From contig OX597842.1 in the NCBI GenBank assembly GCA_951406725.2, positions 33,294,001-33,358,000 on the forward strand: a stretch of 64,000 bases of DNA. Reading direction: 5' to 3'. The translations under genes and the position numbers were made by a program. Below the pieces are notes generated by a model that saw only the letters and a program-made list of their open reading frames with translations, did not search any database and was not told the DNA's origin. Of the stretch, positions 42,672 through 58,044 are shown piece by piece. Numbering within the stretch: position 1 is the first letter of the stretch; each line of letters starts with the position of its first letter. Source of the DNA: Octopus vulgaris. Its lineage: Eukaryota.

Positions 42672-43238
42672 CGTATATATGTATATGTGTGTGTGTGTGT
42701 TTATATATCTCTTTCTCTATATATGTGCATATCTATGATTATATACACACACATACATACACATATTTCCCGAAGGTTACTGTAGTATTTGTATAGACAC
42801 ACACACACATATGTATATATGTATATGCCTATGTGTGTGTACATCCGAGCATGCACACACCTGCTCAAGCATGTGTGTGTGTATATATGTATGTGTATGT
42901 ATCTATACACACACATACACACACACATACCAATATTGATACTCACACACACACACACACACACACCAACGGATATCATGACTTATAGCGGGCTTTAATG
43001 GAACAAATTGACATACAATAACAACAGCACCACTACCACACAACACCACACCGCACCGCACCGCACCGCTCCGCCTGCACCGCCAACACTACAGTGAACC
43101 ACTTCGTACAACCACCACCACCACCACCACCTTCGCCACGACAATGTCCATCTTAGAAAAGCTGCAAGCCTCTGGTCACACGAACTGACATCCAATGCCA
43201 AAATACGGACAAAACCAATACTGCACATCACCACCCGC

Positions 43239-43289
<51 letters not shown>

Positions 43290-43309
43290 TACCTGCATAT
43301 ATTTGTGTG

Positions 43310-43356
<47 letters not shown>

Positions 43357-43478
43357 CATATAGGGAGAGAGAGATGGTGAGAGAAATATATATACATATA
43401 TGTATATATATATATGTATATTCACATATATACTTGCACAAAGATGTGGGTTTGTATATGTATATTAGTAAATATATA

Positions 43479-43534
<56 letters not shown>

Positions 43535-43544
43535 CATGTATGTT

Positions 43545-43591
<47 letters not shown>

Positions 43592-43596
43592 GTATA

Positions 43597-43639
<43 letters not shown>

Positions 43640-43819
43640 CTGTGTTTATGTATGTCTAAACACTCAGCGATACAGATAAGAGACCGATTTGTTGTACAGC
43701 AACCAGCCAGCGCAGACATATTGGTTTTTGTGCGCATGCGTATGTGTGTGTGTGATGTGATTGATTATTTTATCGAATTCGTAAAGTGAGTTTACATAAC
43801 TGTGTGTATACATGTGTGT

Positions 43820-43861
<42 letters not shown>

Positions 43862-43958
43862 GTCTGTGTGTGTATGTACATATGTTCATATAATCACTCA
43901 TACAGTAACACATTCTCTCTCTACCAGAAAACCTCTCTTTTTTTCTCAGTGGTATATA

Positions 43959-44004
<46 letters not shown>

Positions 44005-44074
44005 GTGTATATATATATATAAGTATATATATGTATATGCATATATATGTATATGTATATATATGTATATGTAT

Positions 44075-44143
<69 letters not shown>

Positions 44144-44304
44144 ATATATATATTATACATATTATACACACATACTCACTCATGCGGTACTATTTCACAC
44201 TTTTCTCATTCTTTGCTTCTTTGCGTCTATCATTTCTCTCTAAATCTTTCACCAACATTCTCGTTGTGTCCTTTCTTCCCACCTTCTCTTTTACCTCTCC
44301 CCAG

Positions 44305-44438
44305 TACATCGACCCCAGTACTCAACTGGTACTTAATTTATCGACCCCAGAATGACGAAACTCAGCTCAGAACGTAGGGACGGACGAAATGCCTCTAAGC
44401 ATTTTGTCCGGCGTGCTAACGATTCTGCCAGCTCGCTG
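44305..44438 (-). mobile_element. SINE family A fragment with internal deletion
   Basis: ATCGACCCCAGTACTCAACTGGTACTTAATTTATCGACCCC..CTCAGAACGTAG..CGGCGTGCTAACGATTCTGCCAGCTCGC. Confidence 0.8.
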
Positions 44439-44454
44439 CTACAATGATATTACT

Positions 44455-45583
44455 TTGACTTCCTGACAGACAAAGTATTAAAGCACCGAAGCCCGGATAT
44501 AGTAACCATTTGGAGGGACGAGTAAGAATGCCTAATAACTGACCTGGCAGTGCAAGAAAGATCGATATATTATTATGAAAGAAAGAGAAAAGGTTGATAA
44601 ATATGGAGACCTGAGGAGTGAAATCGCCAAGATGTGACAGCTATAATAGTCAAACATAAAGAATGCCCCCTGTTGTTGTCGGAGGATTGGGTGCAATACC
44701 ACCGAATTTGAAGTAACATCTGAGAACTTTAGAAATACCCTAAAGGGACTTTGACTTCCAGACAGACAAGATGTTAGAGTACCGAAGCCCGGATGTAGTA
44801 AACTTTAGGAGGGACAAACAAGGGTACCTAATAACTGACGTAGCAGTGCCAGGAGATCGATATATTATTTGTTTCTTTATTAGCCACAAGGGGCTAAACA
44901 AAGAGGGGATAAACAAGGACAAACAAACAGATTAAGTCGATTACCTAGACCCCAGTGCGTAACTGGTACTTAATTTATCGACCCTGAAAGTATGAAAGGC
45001 AAAGTCGACCTCGGCGGAATTTGAACTCAGATCGTAACGGCAGACGAAATACCTATTTCTTTACTACCCACAAGGGGCTAAACACAGAGGGGACAAACAA
45101 GGACAGACAAACGGATTAAGTCGATTACATTGACCCCAGTACGTAACTGGTACTTAATTTATCGACCCCGAAAGGATGAAAGGCAAAGTCGACCTCGGCG
45201 GAATTTGAACTCAGAACGTAACGGCAGACGAAATACCGATAAGATCGATATATTATTGTGAAATAAAGAGAAAAGGTTGATAAATATGGAGACCTGAGAA
45301 GTGAAATTGCCAAGACATAACAATAATAGTCAAACATAAAGGATGCCCCCTGTTGTCGTCGGAGGATTGGGTTCAATGCAACCCAAGATGAAGAAACATC
45401 TGGAAAGTTTAGGAATGCTCTTGCAAAAATCGTCGTTACTTGGAACTGCAAGCATATTGCGTAAAAAAGTACTGTTTGTCTGAGGTCCATGTTGTGACTT
45501 GGCAGACAGTGCAAACCCCCACCGGTGGACACAATATCTTCAATCAACAACATCACGATAATGGATACTGTGCGACATCTTAG
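44455..45583 (+). mobile_element. Decayed RLE (PD-D/ExK) non-LTR retrotransposon 3-prime end, R4/Dong-like; RLE segment duplicated (44455-44743, 44751 onward); second copy interrupted by a SINE A dimer
   Basis: Reads DFLTDKVLKHRSPDIV..CLITDLAV..EREKVDKYGDLRSEIAK..VGGLGAIP and LQKSSLLGTASILRK with stops and frameshifts; UTR ends directly in (TAA)n at ~45585. Confidence 0.85.
44870..45241 (-). mobile_element. SINE family A dimer, 5-prime truncated, with 16-bp TSD
   Basis: TSD AGATCGATATATTATT at 44854-44869 and 45242-45257; junction GAAATACCTATTTC at 45046-45059. Confidence 0.92.
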
Positions 45584-45640
<57 letters not shown>

Positions 45641-45737
45641 GGTTCATTTGAGCTTCGTTTAACGCCATCTCCGTAAAATAATAATATTAATAATAATAAT
45701 AATAATACCACTACCACTACTAGTATTCTAAAAACTT

Positions 45738-45776
<39 letters not shown>

Positions 45777-46019
45777 TTACTAGAACTTCTACTAAGACTA
45801 CTAATGTCATACATATTACTACTATTACTACCACCACCACTACTACTAAAACCACCACTACTACTATTGTACTGCTGTTACAACTAGTAATACTACCACC
45901 ACCACTACCACAACTATTACCACTGTGCTAATGATACTACAACTACTACTACTACTACTACCACCACTACTCCTACTGTGCTGCTGTTACAACAACTAGT
46001 AACACTACCACCACTATTG

Positions 46020-46056
<37 letters not shown>

Positions 46057-46106
46057 CACTATTGCTACTACTACTACTACTACTACTACTGCTACTACCA
46101 CTATTG

Positions 46107-46145
<39 letters not shown>

Positions 46146-46842
46146 TTGCTGACTCCATCAACTGAGATCTTTCCCATCAGCACAACCGAAACCAGCATCG
46201 TCATCGTTGTCATCACAATCGACGTCACCAGGGTTCCCCCACACCACCACCCCCACCACCCCCACCCCGCCGCCGCTTTCCAATCCATCCCATCCCATCC
46301 CCCTAGGAGCTTTTGGGGGGGGGGATAAAACTGACATCCGCCTTTCAACATGAAAACAAAACAAAAACAAAAACAAAAGGAAAAAAAACCAAAAAAAATC
46401 AGCAAAAAACAAAATAAATAAATAAATAAAATAAATAAATAAAAAATACCGCTAAACATTCATTTCTCCCCACCACCACCACCCACCACCAGCTTCAGAC
46501 TCCCCCCCCCCTCCACCCCAACCTGGGGATTCTCCTCTGCTCAAGCGCCATCTACAGAGAAGAAGCGACGGAAAAAACAAGAAAGATGGCGGATTCCTAC
46601 GTGCGTCTCCATCCCTTGTTCTCTGAATCTCCGTCTCTCCACCCCCACCCACCCACCCAACCCCACCTCCTCTTGGGGCCTGTATGCAATCCCCAAAACA
46701 AAACCCCCCACCGTCCCCCCCTTCTCTATCCCTTCATCATCCCCGGATTCTTAATTTCCCTCTCTTCTCTACGGACTCTACGAAGACTAAATCTCGGATT
46801 TTTGTTGACCATTTTTATGTACTAGCGTGTATAAATATATAA

Positions 46843-46873
<31 letters not shown>

Positions 46874-46931
46874 CCGCTGTATTTATGGTGTGTATGCGTG
46901 TGTGTACGGGTAAGTGTGTGCATATATGTGT

Positions 46932-46962
<31 letters not shown>

Positions 46963-47077
46963 CCGCTGTGTTTATGGTGTGTATGTGTAAGTGTGTGTAT
47001 GTATGTGTGTATGGATATATATATGTATATGTAGACACACAAATATATCCCCACAAATGTATACGCAAATACTTGTA

Positions 47078-47119
<42 letters not shown>

Positions 47120-47410
47120 ATATATGTGTGTATATATACACACATATATATACACACACAAACATATATATATATATATATATATATACATATGTACGCA
47201 TGTGTATATATATATATATATGTATAGATTTATTTGTGTGTGTATATATATATGTATGTATATGTGTATGTATATTATATATATATATATATATAGTGCG
47301 TATTTGTATGTATATATATATTCACTTAAATATATATATATATACACACACCATAAGGTTTAGTATAAGGATTAACTACGCCAAGGGTATAGACACAGAG
47401 ATGTCGCTGT

Positions 47411-47442
<32 letters not shown>

Positions 47443-47938
47443 ACACAAATATTTGTGTATATATACATATATACACACGTTCATTTTTTTTGTTCCTTCT
47501 TTTTTCGCCTGATTAGCTCTTTGCTGTGTGTGTATGATTCATATGCAATTGTGTTTATACTTGAAGACATATGAATACCCAAGCCTTAGCATGCTTTTTG
47601 CGAGTGTATATACGTGTGTGTGTGTGTGTGTTTGTGCTTAAGTATGTGTCTGTGTAAGTGAAGCCATTGCCCTAACCGCTCGTTCCGTTTGCAGCCGGTT
47701 TCCGCTTCTCCCAGGAAACATGTGACTGGGGCAATGTTTATATCATTTGCTGTTTGCAGGTTCGATAAAATAAGTACTCTAAAATACCTGGTTCTGTGCC
47801 AAAATTTGAACCAATTGTTATTATTATTACCATTTTTATTATTATTATTGGTCAAGTACCTCGGTCGAGGTTTGAAAACTGCTGACCTTGGGACAAAATT
47901 CGAAAGAATTACTATTATTATTATTATTATTGTTGTTG

Positions 47939-48313
47939 TTACCTCCTCCTCAGCGAAGCCGGAGGTATTGTTTTTAGTTGTGTTTGTTTCTTTGTTTGTC
48001 CGTGGACAAAATATCTCAAGAACCACGAAATGGATTCAGATGAAACTTTCAGAGATATTTTGCCTAATGACTGGCACAAACAGTTTAGCTTTTGGAATCG
48101 ATCCGGTACCGCTCAAGGATTCTGGATTATTTTTCCTGTTTTATTTTTTACTTAATTTTTGAGAGCAATCGGGTTCATTTTTAGTATTCTCGTTTGTGAG
48201 AGCAGTTGAGTTTATTTCAGATATTCTCATTTTAAAAATCGTTCTCTGGCTAATCATTGAGAGGACGTTGGTGTTGCCTTGGTGGAGGTCTTTGCTCTCA
48301 GAGTGCTCTTGTT
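47939..48313 (+). mobile_element. Non-autonomous Helentron-associated element (HINE/DINE-1-like)
   Basis: 5-prime TTACCTCCTCC..GAAGCCGGAGGT short IR, GTTT microsatellite, conserved-looking ATATCTCAAG..TGGATTCAGATGAAACTT, 3-prime subterminal IR CCTTGGTGGAGGT plus stem-loop GCTCTCAGAGTGC; sits in a T-rich site. Confidence 0.75.
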
Positions 48314-49160
48314 GTTGTTGTTGTTGTTGTTATTATTATTATTATTATTGGCGCATGATTTTGTGCTGTAACCCGTCCTTCGATATTGTCCCCCACGTTT
48401 TTGACCCTTGTGGCCAAGGAAAGAAATTGTTATTATTATTATTATTATTACTATTATTATTCGGTTTTTAGTGAATATCTTTTGGTAGTAGCTGTATTAA
48501 TGGTTGTGATGGTAGTGGTACCTGTGGTCATGGTGGTGTTGGTGGTGACGGTGATGTATATAGTCTCCGGTTTTAGAGGATGGTTTCTCTTACAGAAGCA
48601 AGTATACGTGCACATTTATGCGCAGATACATGTAACATATATATACACATACACACATATATACATATATACATAAATATAAACATATATATATACATAC
48701 ATACATATGTATATATATACATACATATAAACATACATATATATATATAATATATACATATATATATATGACATGCAGCAAGAAAGTGATATGCACATCC
48801 ATGCATATCGGTGTGCATATGAATATTACATATACGTAGATGTATATACATACACACACACGTATGTATAATTATATATATATACAAACGTATATGTGTA
48901 TATATGTGTATATATATATATATGTATACATATGTATATGTATACATATGTGTATATCTATGTATATATATATGTATGTATATATATATATGCATATATA
49001 TGTATATATACATACATATATATATATATATGCATATATATGCATACATATATATATATGCATATATATGTATATATACATACATACAGTGAGAAAAAAA
49101 CCGATATGCATACATATTCAAGCACGTTTGTATGTGCATCTACGTACATGTCAATGTATG

Positions 49161-49213
<53 letters not shown>

Positions 49214-49812
49214 GTACGCATTAACACATATATATGTGTATTATGTAGTTACAGAGAGAAAAAGACAGGCATGCAAAGATATTCACACACATAAAGATCT
49301 ATCGTATGCATATACATATATGTGAATATATTTATATACACAGAAACACACACACGCATATATATATATATATATATATACACGTGTATGCCTGAATACA
49401 CACACAAACACCAAAGACTCACGCTGCTGCAAATCACAGCGCATAACCTTAAAAGACCACATCACTGTCCAAGATAAACAAAAACGAACATCTCGAAAAA
49501 AAAATATAAATAAATATAAAAAAAAAGTAATACAAAATTAACGCAAAAACATAAACAACAGCATGAAAAATAACTATCTGCAACAGCAGCATATGCAGCA
49601 GTCGTAGTGGCGGCGGAGGCGGCGGTGGTTTGTAATAATAAAATATCGCACATAGCCCATTGCAGTCAACACAACCTGTTCGGTGGTAGATTAAAAAGTA
49701 ATTAAGGTTACATCGTGTGTCACAAGTGTTATAGTCTGGAAGTAATTCTTTAAAGCACGCTGCAGCGCATCATCTGACGTTTTAAGCGATAGGCGGCGCT
49801 TTCGTTTATTTC

Positions 49813-49876
<64 letters not shown>

Positions 49877-50025
49877 CACCACACATATATATATATATAT
49901 ATTCACATTTTAGGTGATTCCATCGTCTATTATATATATATATGGAGAGAGCGTTAGTGTGAGAAAGTGAGATAGATAGATAGATAGATAGATAGATAGG
50001 TGGATAGATAGATTATTAGATAGAT

Positions 50026-50136
<111 letters not shown>

Positions 50137-50234
50137 TGTTTCTTTATTAGCCACACAGGGCTGCACACAGATGGGACAAATTACAAGGTAGAGCCTTTGT
50201 TTTTTGGGATAAAAAAGAGGGGGTTGGTTTTCGA
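50137..50234 (-). mobile_element. Second retroposon 3-prime stub with SINE A-like tail, inside (GATA)n
   Basis: TTTCTTTATTAGCCACACAGGGCTGCACACAGATGGGACAAA..GGGGGTTGGTTTTCGA, homologous to 8503-8617. Confidence 0.6.
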
Positions 50235-50263
50235 GATAGATAGATAGATAGATAGATAGACAA

Positions 50264-50351
<88 letters not shown>

Positions 50352-50414
50352 AGCACGTACACACACATATGAGAGAGAGAGAGAGAGAGAGAGAATCACA
50401 CCATATGAATTCAT

Positions 50415-50543
50415 TGCTGTGTGGAAAGAAGTTTTTGTTTCCTAGCCACATGGTTTCGGGTTCAATCCTGCTGCATGGCACCTTGGGCAAGTGTCTTTTA
50501 TAGTCTCGCATTAACCAAAGCCTTGTGAGTACAATTGGTAGAT
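50415..50543 (+). mobile_element. SINE family B, 5-prime part
   Basis: CCACATGGTTTCGGGTTCAATCC..GGCACCTTGGGCAAGTGTCTT..CCAAAGCCTTGTGAGT. Confidence 0.8.
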
Positions 50544-50760
50544 AAAAAACATACATCCAATCATATTTTAAGTTCTTTTTTTGTTTGCATCATTATACCT
50601 ATAAGGGTGTATATATATATGTGTGTGTGTGAGTATGTGTATGTTTTTGTATATGTATGTATATATATATGTGTGTGTGTGTGTATACGCACATATATAT
50701 ATATGTATGGATATATATTTCTATTTTTTATGAGTATATGAATGTGTACATATATATATG

Positions 50761-50794
<34 letters not shown>

Positions 50795-50804
50795 CATACA
50801 TATG

Positions 50805-50844
<40 letters not shown>

Positions 50845-52785
50845 CATACATATGCACACACAGAATCAGTTAAAAGACACAATTGCTGTAATTACTTAAG
50901 GATGTCATGAATGGTGGCATATGCAATATTATTCATAATTATATGTTAACGCAAGGCACCAAATAGCTGGCGGTCACACGGTGCTGTGTGGTATGACGTG
51001 GTGCGATACCCATCCCCCTATACACACAAACACAATGACACGCACTGAAGCTGTGCGGCATCCCTTACGTAGATCCCCGTTGAAATTTATCCACATCTGC
51101 TGTCGTAATGATGCCAGGATTCAGGTATTTATCTTTTTAGTAGAGTTCGGGATTTATCCAAAGTAATGATCACGTGTTGAAGTAAGGGCTAACAAAAGAC
51201 AGTTTGCGAAGTGGGTTAAGGGAAAGAAATTTAAGACGAAGTGTTCAAACTCAACCAGCAACCGCAAACTTTTCATCTCCTCGGGGTCGACAATGTAGAA
51301 TATGAAAAAACCAGTCTAGCATTAAAACGAATGCATTTCTATCTCTGTTTCTCTCTTCCTCTTTCTCTTTCAATCTTTTTCTATAAATCTCTATTTATTT
51401 GCTTAACTATCCATGTATCTATCTCACTGTCTCTCTCATGTATCTATATTCCAAACAGTTTAAGCCTCGTCACATCTAGCCAACTGTTTCAGTATGAGAA
51501 TTATGTCAAGCTTACATCACGTATATGTAGTATAGACAGGCAATTTCCCTATGGTTTCAAAATATATACATACAAATACATATATTCACACCTATATATT
51601 CATATGCAGTCTATTTAAAAATGAAGATGGTGCCTGAGGTATACTTGCACAAGTATCCTATAAATCCTTGATTAAATAACTCAGTGTGAGTATAACTGTG
51701 TGTGTACGTAAATACATAAACATATATACACATGTATGTATGTATGAGTGCACGTATATCATATATATGTATAATTCAGCGAAGGTATTTCCGTTATCAA
51801 GTGTGAAAGAAAATACTATGTAAATGTAAGGCTTACAGTAAATATCTTTACAAAAAGACTCTTAAAACATACGTACGTATTAAGAAAGACAACTCGCCAC
51901 CTGACTCTCGAAACATGTCTGGAGTCGAACAGATGGAAATATTAACTATAAGAGCCACAGAAACTTTTGTTTTGGGGCTGTAGAAGTGTTACGTACTCTT
52001 ACAGGTTTCAAAATTCTTTCACAGTTTTCAACAAATGGCCGGAGTTTCTGTATTCCGGAAGACACCGCTATCAATATTTACTGAGGAATTTCTAACCATC
52101 AAGTTATTAAATAATATATCTCACATATACTGGGTTTGGCAGATCGTGAAAGATGATCATATATTCGAAAGGGGAAAAAAATAGTATTTATTAACACTAA
52201 AACATTTAAACTTTGCTTACTTTCTTACTTTTGTGAATTTCATAGTTACGATGCTGGAGATATGCAAATATTTCGATTTAGCATGTGAATAGATGAATAT
52301 ATAACTCGCTCAGTGCACAAAGATGGGTTTGTGATAGTGTGACAAATTTTCTAATGGAATTTTATTAGCCAATCAAATCGCGATATTAAATTTTATTTCA
52401 CTATATCTACATATGCACACAAACGTGTGTGTATCTGTGTGTGTGTGTATCTGTGTGTGTGTATCTGTGTGTGTGTGTATCTGTGTGTGTTTGTGAGTGT
52501 GTGTGTGAATATTCTCATCTTATACGATATATGTCTGTGATATTATGCACCATGCGTTTATATCAGATGATCTCTCAAGGCCAAAAACACAGTATTCGAC
52601 GTTCTAACAAAAGAATCTGCGTTAAGTTAGATGAGTAGTTGCCATTTGGTACTAACACTGCAATCGCCTCTTATATATATATATATAAATGCATTAAATA
52701 CATCAAAATGTAAGAATTGGGGTCCTTCGTCTGTTCTACGTGTACATTTTGTACTGTTTAATGCATTATATATATATATATATCA

Positions 52786-52818
<33 letters not shown>

Positions 52819-53253
52819 AGAACTGAATAGCCACAGAAGCACAATCTTAGTGAGCGGACAAGGGAGACAATCCCCTTACGCTCTATCTGCGAACGTACGG
52901 GGGATTGTCTACCTTGTCAGTAATTAAAACAGTGCTTTTTTGGCTATTGATTTGTTTTGACTCTTATTTCTAGCAATACTGGCGCTGATTAGTGCCCTTG
53001 TTCATTTTCGTGACGTATATATTTCTACCTTTAGGTTATAAGATTGCGAATTATCCACCCATATGATGTATCTATATATATATATAGTAATTACAGTAAT
53101 TGTGTCGTTTAACTGATTGTGTATATATGTATATATATGTATGTATGTATATATGTATCTTCTCTATATATATATAATTATATATATATCTGTGGCGTGT
53201 AGTGGTTGTTGTATTGGGTCTGTATGTACACACACACACGTATAGAAACACAA

Positions 53254-53285
<32 letters not shown>

Positions 53286-53539
53286 CATACATATATACTA
53301 CTCTCAAAGCATTGACCAAATGGCAAGGTAAATCTAGAATCACAAATGCACGGACAACTGACTGGACGTGTGCGGAAACAGGCCATGAAACCGAACAACC
53401 ATTAGATTGCTTTCCTAGTAAAACATCTTACCCAGGCAGCCATGAAACCTAAGCGCGGTTTTTCGAGAACATTCTACGGAATGTCTTCAGCACACACAAT
53501 AATAATAATAATAACAATAACAATAATAATAACAACAAT

Positions 53540-53584
<45 letters not shown>

Positions 53585-53625
53585 TAATAATAATGATAAT
53601 AATAATAATGATAATAATAATAATG

Positions 53626-53683
<58 letters not shown>

Positions 53684-53697
53684 TAATAATAATAATG

Positions 53698-53774
<77 letters not shown>

Positions 53775-53788
53775 TAATAATAATAATG

Positions 53789-53874
<86 letters not shown>

Positions 53875-53914
53875 TATAATAATAATAATGATAATAATAA
53901 TAATAATAATAATG

Positions 53915-53965
<51 letters not shown>

Positions 53966-54227
53966 GCCTAGCCTACCATCTTCTCCATTCAACCACTATT
54001 TTTTTTTTTTTATTTGTTCAATGCAAATCCTATTTCAATGTTGCAACTCCTGTTGTATCGATTTAAATGTCCGCACTCGGTCTATTTTTTGCGCGATTTT
54101 GTTTGAATTGTTATCTACTTATTTGTTTGTTTTTCGTAATTGTGCTGTCTGTGTGTCTGCGATTGTGTAAGCGAGTGTACGCTTGTGAACTACGCGTATG
54201 CCTCTGTGTGTGCGCATACATACATAC

Positions 54228-54279
<52 letters not shown>

Positions 54280-54280
54280 G

Positions 54281-54335
<55 letters not shown>

Positions 54336-54728
54336 ATATATATGTATGTGTGTGTAAATGCAAATATGTGTGTGTTGTCATTTTTTTTAGGTTTTTTAGG
54401 TTTTTAAACATGGTTTTGTTTATTTTTTGCTTTTTTTTAGTCTTTCATTTGATTGGTCCATGTACGCTACTGTCTGGTGGTTCGCCGTTGTACACGCACA
54501 CATATACACATACACGCATACACACACACCTTGTAACAATGTGTGTGTGTGTGTGTGTGTGTGTGCGTATGTAAATTTTCCGTGTGTCTGTGTATATTCG
54601 TGTCTATATGGGATATAAATACATGTCAGTATGTGATGTGTGTATATATATATATATATATATGGGTGTGGGTGGTGTGTATACATGAATGTTCCTCTGT
54701 GTCTGTGTGGTGTGTATATATATATATA

Positions 54729-55076
54729 TATGAGTCTGTGTGTGTATGTGGTATATATATATATGCGGCTGTGTGTATGAATATATTACATTTGTGTGTG
54801 TGGTGCGTATACACATGTATGTGTCTTTCCGTATGTGGTGTATGCAGTTATATAGATATATAGATGCGTGTCTGTGAATGTATGTATGTATGTATACATA
54901 TATATATATATATATGAGTCTGTGTGTGTATGTGGTATATATATATATGCGGCTGTGTGTATGAATATATTACATTTGTGTGTGGGTGCGTATACACATG
55001 TATGTGTCTTTCCGTATGTGGTGTATGCAGTTATATAGATATATAGATGCGTGTCTGTGAATGTATGTATGTATGT

Positions 55077-55085
<9 letters not shown>
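54729..55085. repeat. ~184-bp tandem duplication of microsatellite-derived sequence
   Basis: TATGAGTCTGTGTGTGTATGTGG..GCGGCTGTG..GTCTTTCCGTATGTGG..GATGCGTGTCTGTGAATG twice. Confidence 0.88.
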
Positions 55086-55130
<45 letters not shown>

Positions 55131-55255
55131 GTATATATATCCGTGTGTGTGTTTGGTCTTATAGACGCGTTCCTGCGGTTTGTGAAACAGGTTTTTCTTT
55201 AATTCCTGCAACTCTGCCTCGATTATGTAAAAACACATACACACACACACGCGCG

Positions 55256-55296
<41 letters not shown>

Positions 55297-55546
55297 GTAT
55301 CATGCATACATACACTGTCACATATATACATTATTCACACATGTAATTGTATGTTTCTGAGAGCTACGTACGTGTGTGTGTGTGTATATATATAGATATA
55401 TACATACATACGTGTGTATGTATAGATGTATATACATATATGTGTGTGTGGGGGTACTTGTACGTTTATTTCCATTTCAATCTCGAGATCACTATGACAC
55501 ATGAGTGTGCAAGTGTGCATACACACACACACATACATACATACAT

Positions 55547-55603
<57 letters not shown>

Positions 55604-55676
55604 CGACGACGCGTTTGTGTCTGTATGTCTGTCTTCAGCTTTATTTTTCTCTAAACGTATATATATACCACTTAGC

Positions 55677-55731
<55 letters not shown>

Positions 55732-55828
55732 TTGTGTGTGTATTGGCTTTAGTAGTACTGATATTTCTGTCACTAGTTATGTCTCTCTTCTCTATAACTC
55801 GTATCACTTTAATGGCGGATACTCACGG

Positions 55829-55871
<43 letters not shown>

Positions 55872-56416
55872 GAATAAACACAAAATATTGAACAAACGAA
55901 GAAAGAAAAAGAAAAACAAACAAAATAACAGTAAAAATGGATTTAGAATAAAAAGTTTAAATTAAAACCACAAAAACAACAGGTTTATTAACATTAAATC
56001 ACCAGATGAGAGCGAGAGAGAGAGGGAAAGAAAATAAATATTGGGAGCAATCAAACTTGAAGACGTTTCTTCAAAGACAATCTCTCTTGTTTACAGCAAA
56101 CAGCAGAAGAAAAATTTTGGAATCAAATTTAAGGCTGTAAGCGCAAAAATATATTTCTATTCAGTTTAGTTCTGACGGAGCTACGAGAATATACAATGAA
56201 ATGTATGAGTGTGTGACGTCTTGTTCTGTTAGCGGAAACAACTGTAAGTCAATGAATATATTCGTAAATATATTCATTACCTTCCAGGCTCTCATTACCA
56301 CACAGACACTCCTGTGCCAATATATATAACTAATGTAGGATAAATTAATTTTCGAGAAAAACAATTTTATCAATGGCCAGCATATCAAAAAATACCTTTA
56401 ACGGTTAAATTTATAA

Positions 56417-56880
56417 ATAACTTACAAATTAAGGGCAAAAGAAAAATTCTAATGCCAAATATGCTGAAAAAAAGACAAAATTGTCAATAACCATTATAAG
56501 TGATAACATTTTTTTTTCGAAAACAAATTTTATCCTACATTAGTGAAAGTTTCTAGTTCGAATCACACGTGTCCCGAGATGTGCCGAAGATTTTCTATTT
56601 TGAAAATATTTGGGGTATTTAGGTCTGCTCAGGACTTAGGGCTTGCTTTTTCCGTGGGTATGAGTAAGTATTTCATTTATGTCTTATGTATTTATCGCTG
56701 AGGAGGGGAAAATTCTTATGAATTAACCCCGAAATTGGGACCAATATGGTAATAACAGATTTTTTTAGAAATTTCTATTGGCTTCTTTTGAGACACATAA
56801 ATTATAATGGTTATTGACAATTTTGTGCTTTTTTCGGCATATTTGGCATTAGAATTTTTCTTTTGCCCTTATTTTGTAAG

Positions 56881-56884
<4 letters not shown>
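56417..56884. mobile_element. MITE-like element with ~83-bp inverted repeats
   Basis: 56417-56499 (ATAACTTACAAATTAAGGGCAAAAGAAAAATTCTAATGCCAAATATGC..) is the near-exact reverse complement of 56802-56884. Confidence 0.85.
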
Positions 56885-56979
<95 letters not shown>

Positions 56980-57062
56980 AATAAATATTAGGAAATAAAT
57001 CCAAATTTACAGGGAAAAATCAGATTTAGGATTGAATCCAATTTTATAGTAAAATATAATAT

Positions 57063-57287
57063 AATATTAATTAGAGACAAAACCACTATTATGCAAATCA
57101 AACAAAGAAAGACTTAATCCAATACATAAAAAATTTTATATAAATTAAATATAATTAAGATATCCACTACGATGAAACGATCGTAGTGGATATCTTAATT
57201 ATATTTAATTTATATAAAATTTTTATGTATTGGACTAAGTCTTTCTTTGTTTGATTTGCATAATAGTGGTTTGTCTCAATTAATATT
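57063..57287. repeat. Near-perfect long palindrome (arms ~110 bp, 6-nt loop GAAACG)
   Basis: Left arm 57063-57173 ends CCACTACGAT; right arm 57180-57287 starts ATCGTAGTGG; about four single-base differences. Confidence 0.95.
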
Positions 57288-57297
57288 TATATATATA

Positions 57298-57352
<55 letters not shown>

Positions 57353-58009
57353 TCCAAAACAACGAACAAAGAAAAAAAAAACACGGAAACGAGCGAAAGA
57401 CAGAACCTGAATTATCCTGTACGACATCTCCCTCAAAATAACGCAAAAAATTCTTCATCGCCATTCTTTGGCGTTTCGGCATAGAATCGTTTGAGATGGG
57501 ATTTCAAGACCGTCAGCCATATTTACGTGTTAAAAATAACCATTGTTGTTGATAGTGGTGTTTTGTAGGTGGCGTTGTTGTCGATGGTATTGGCGTTGAC
57601 GTTTTAGAAAGCGGTGGAAGCGGTGACCACGGTGGGCAACACGCACCGTTATCAAGCGGGCATTAGCAATGATGCGTTTTTGGGGTTCTTTTTTTTATAT
57701 TTTTACCATTTTTCGGTTTCTGTGGTAGTATTTATTGTTATTGATGTTGTATTGTTTGTATGTTCTTGTTCTTCATTGTTTTTTGTTTTGTTGTTGTTAT
57801 ATATAATTTTTAGTATTGTTTGTAAAGGCAAGATGCAAAGTCCACACACACACATATATACACACACACATACCTTCCTAAGGAACAAATTTCGTCCATA
57901 CATCAACACACAAATACACACTCACATGAACATATCTGTGTGTATATACGAATGTTAATAGATGTATTCACACGCACACACACATACATGTATATATATA
58001 TATATATAA

Positions 58010-58044
<35 letters not shown>

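Noticed and set aside
51895-51930. Hammerhead-like CTGA..GAAACATGTC
   Set aside because: Lacks the NGA core bases and helix II; at best a deleted relic. The same applies to the degenerate motif at ~23665-23700.
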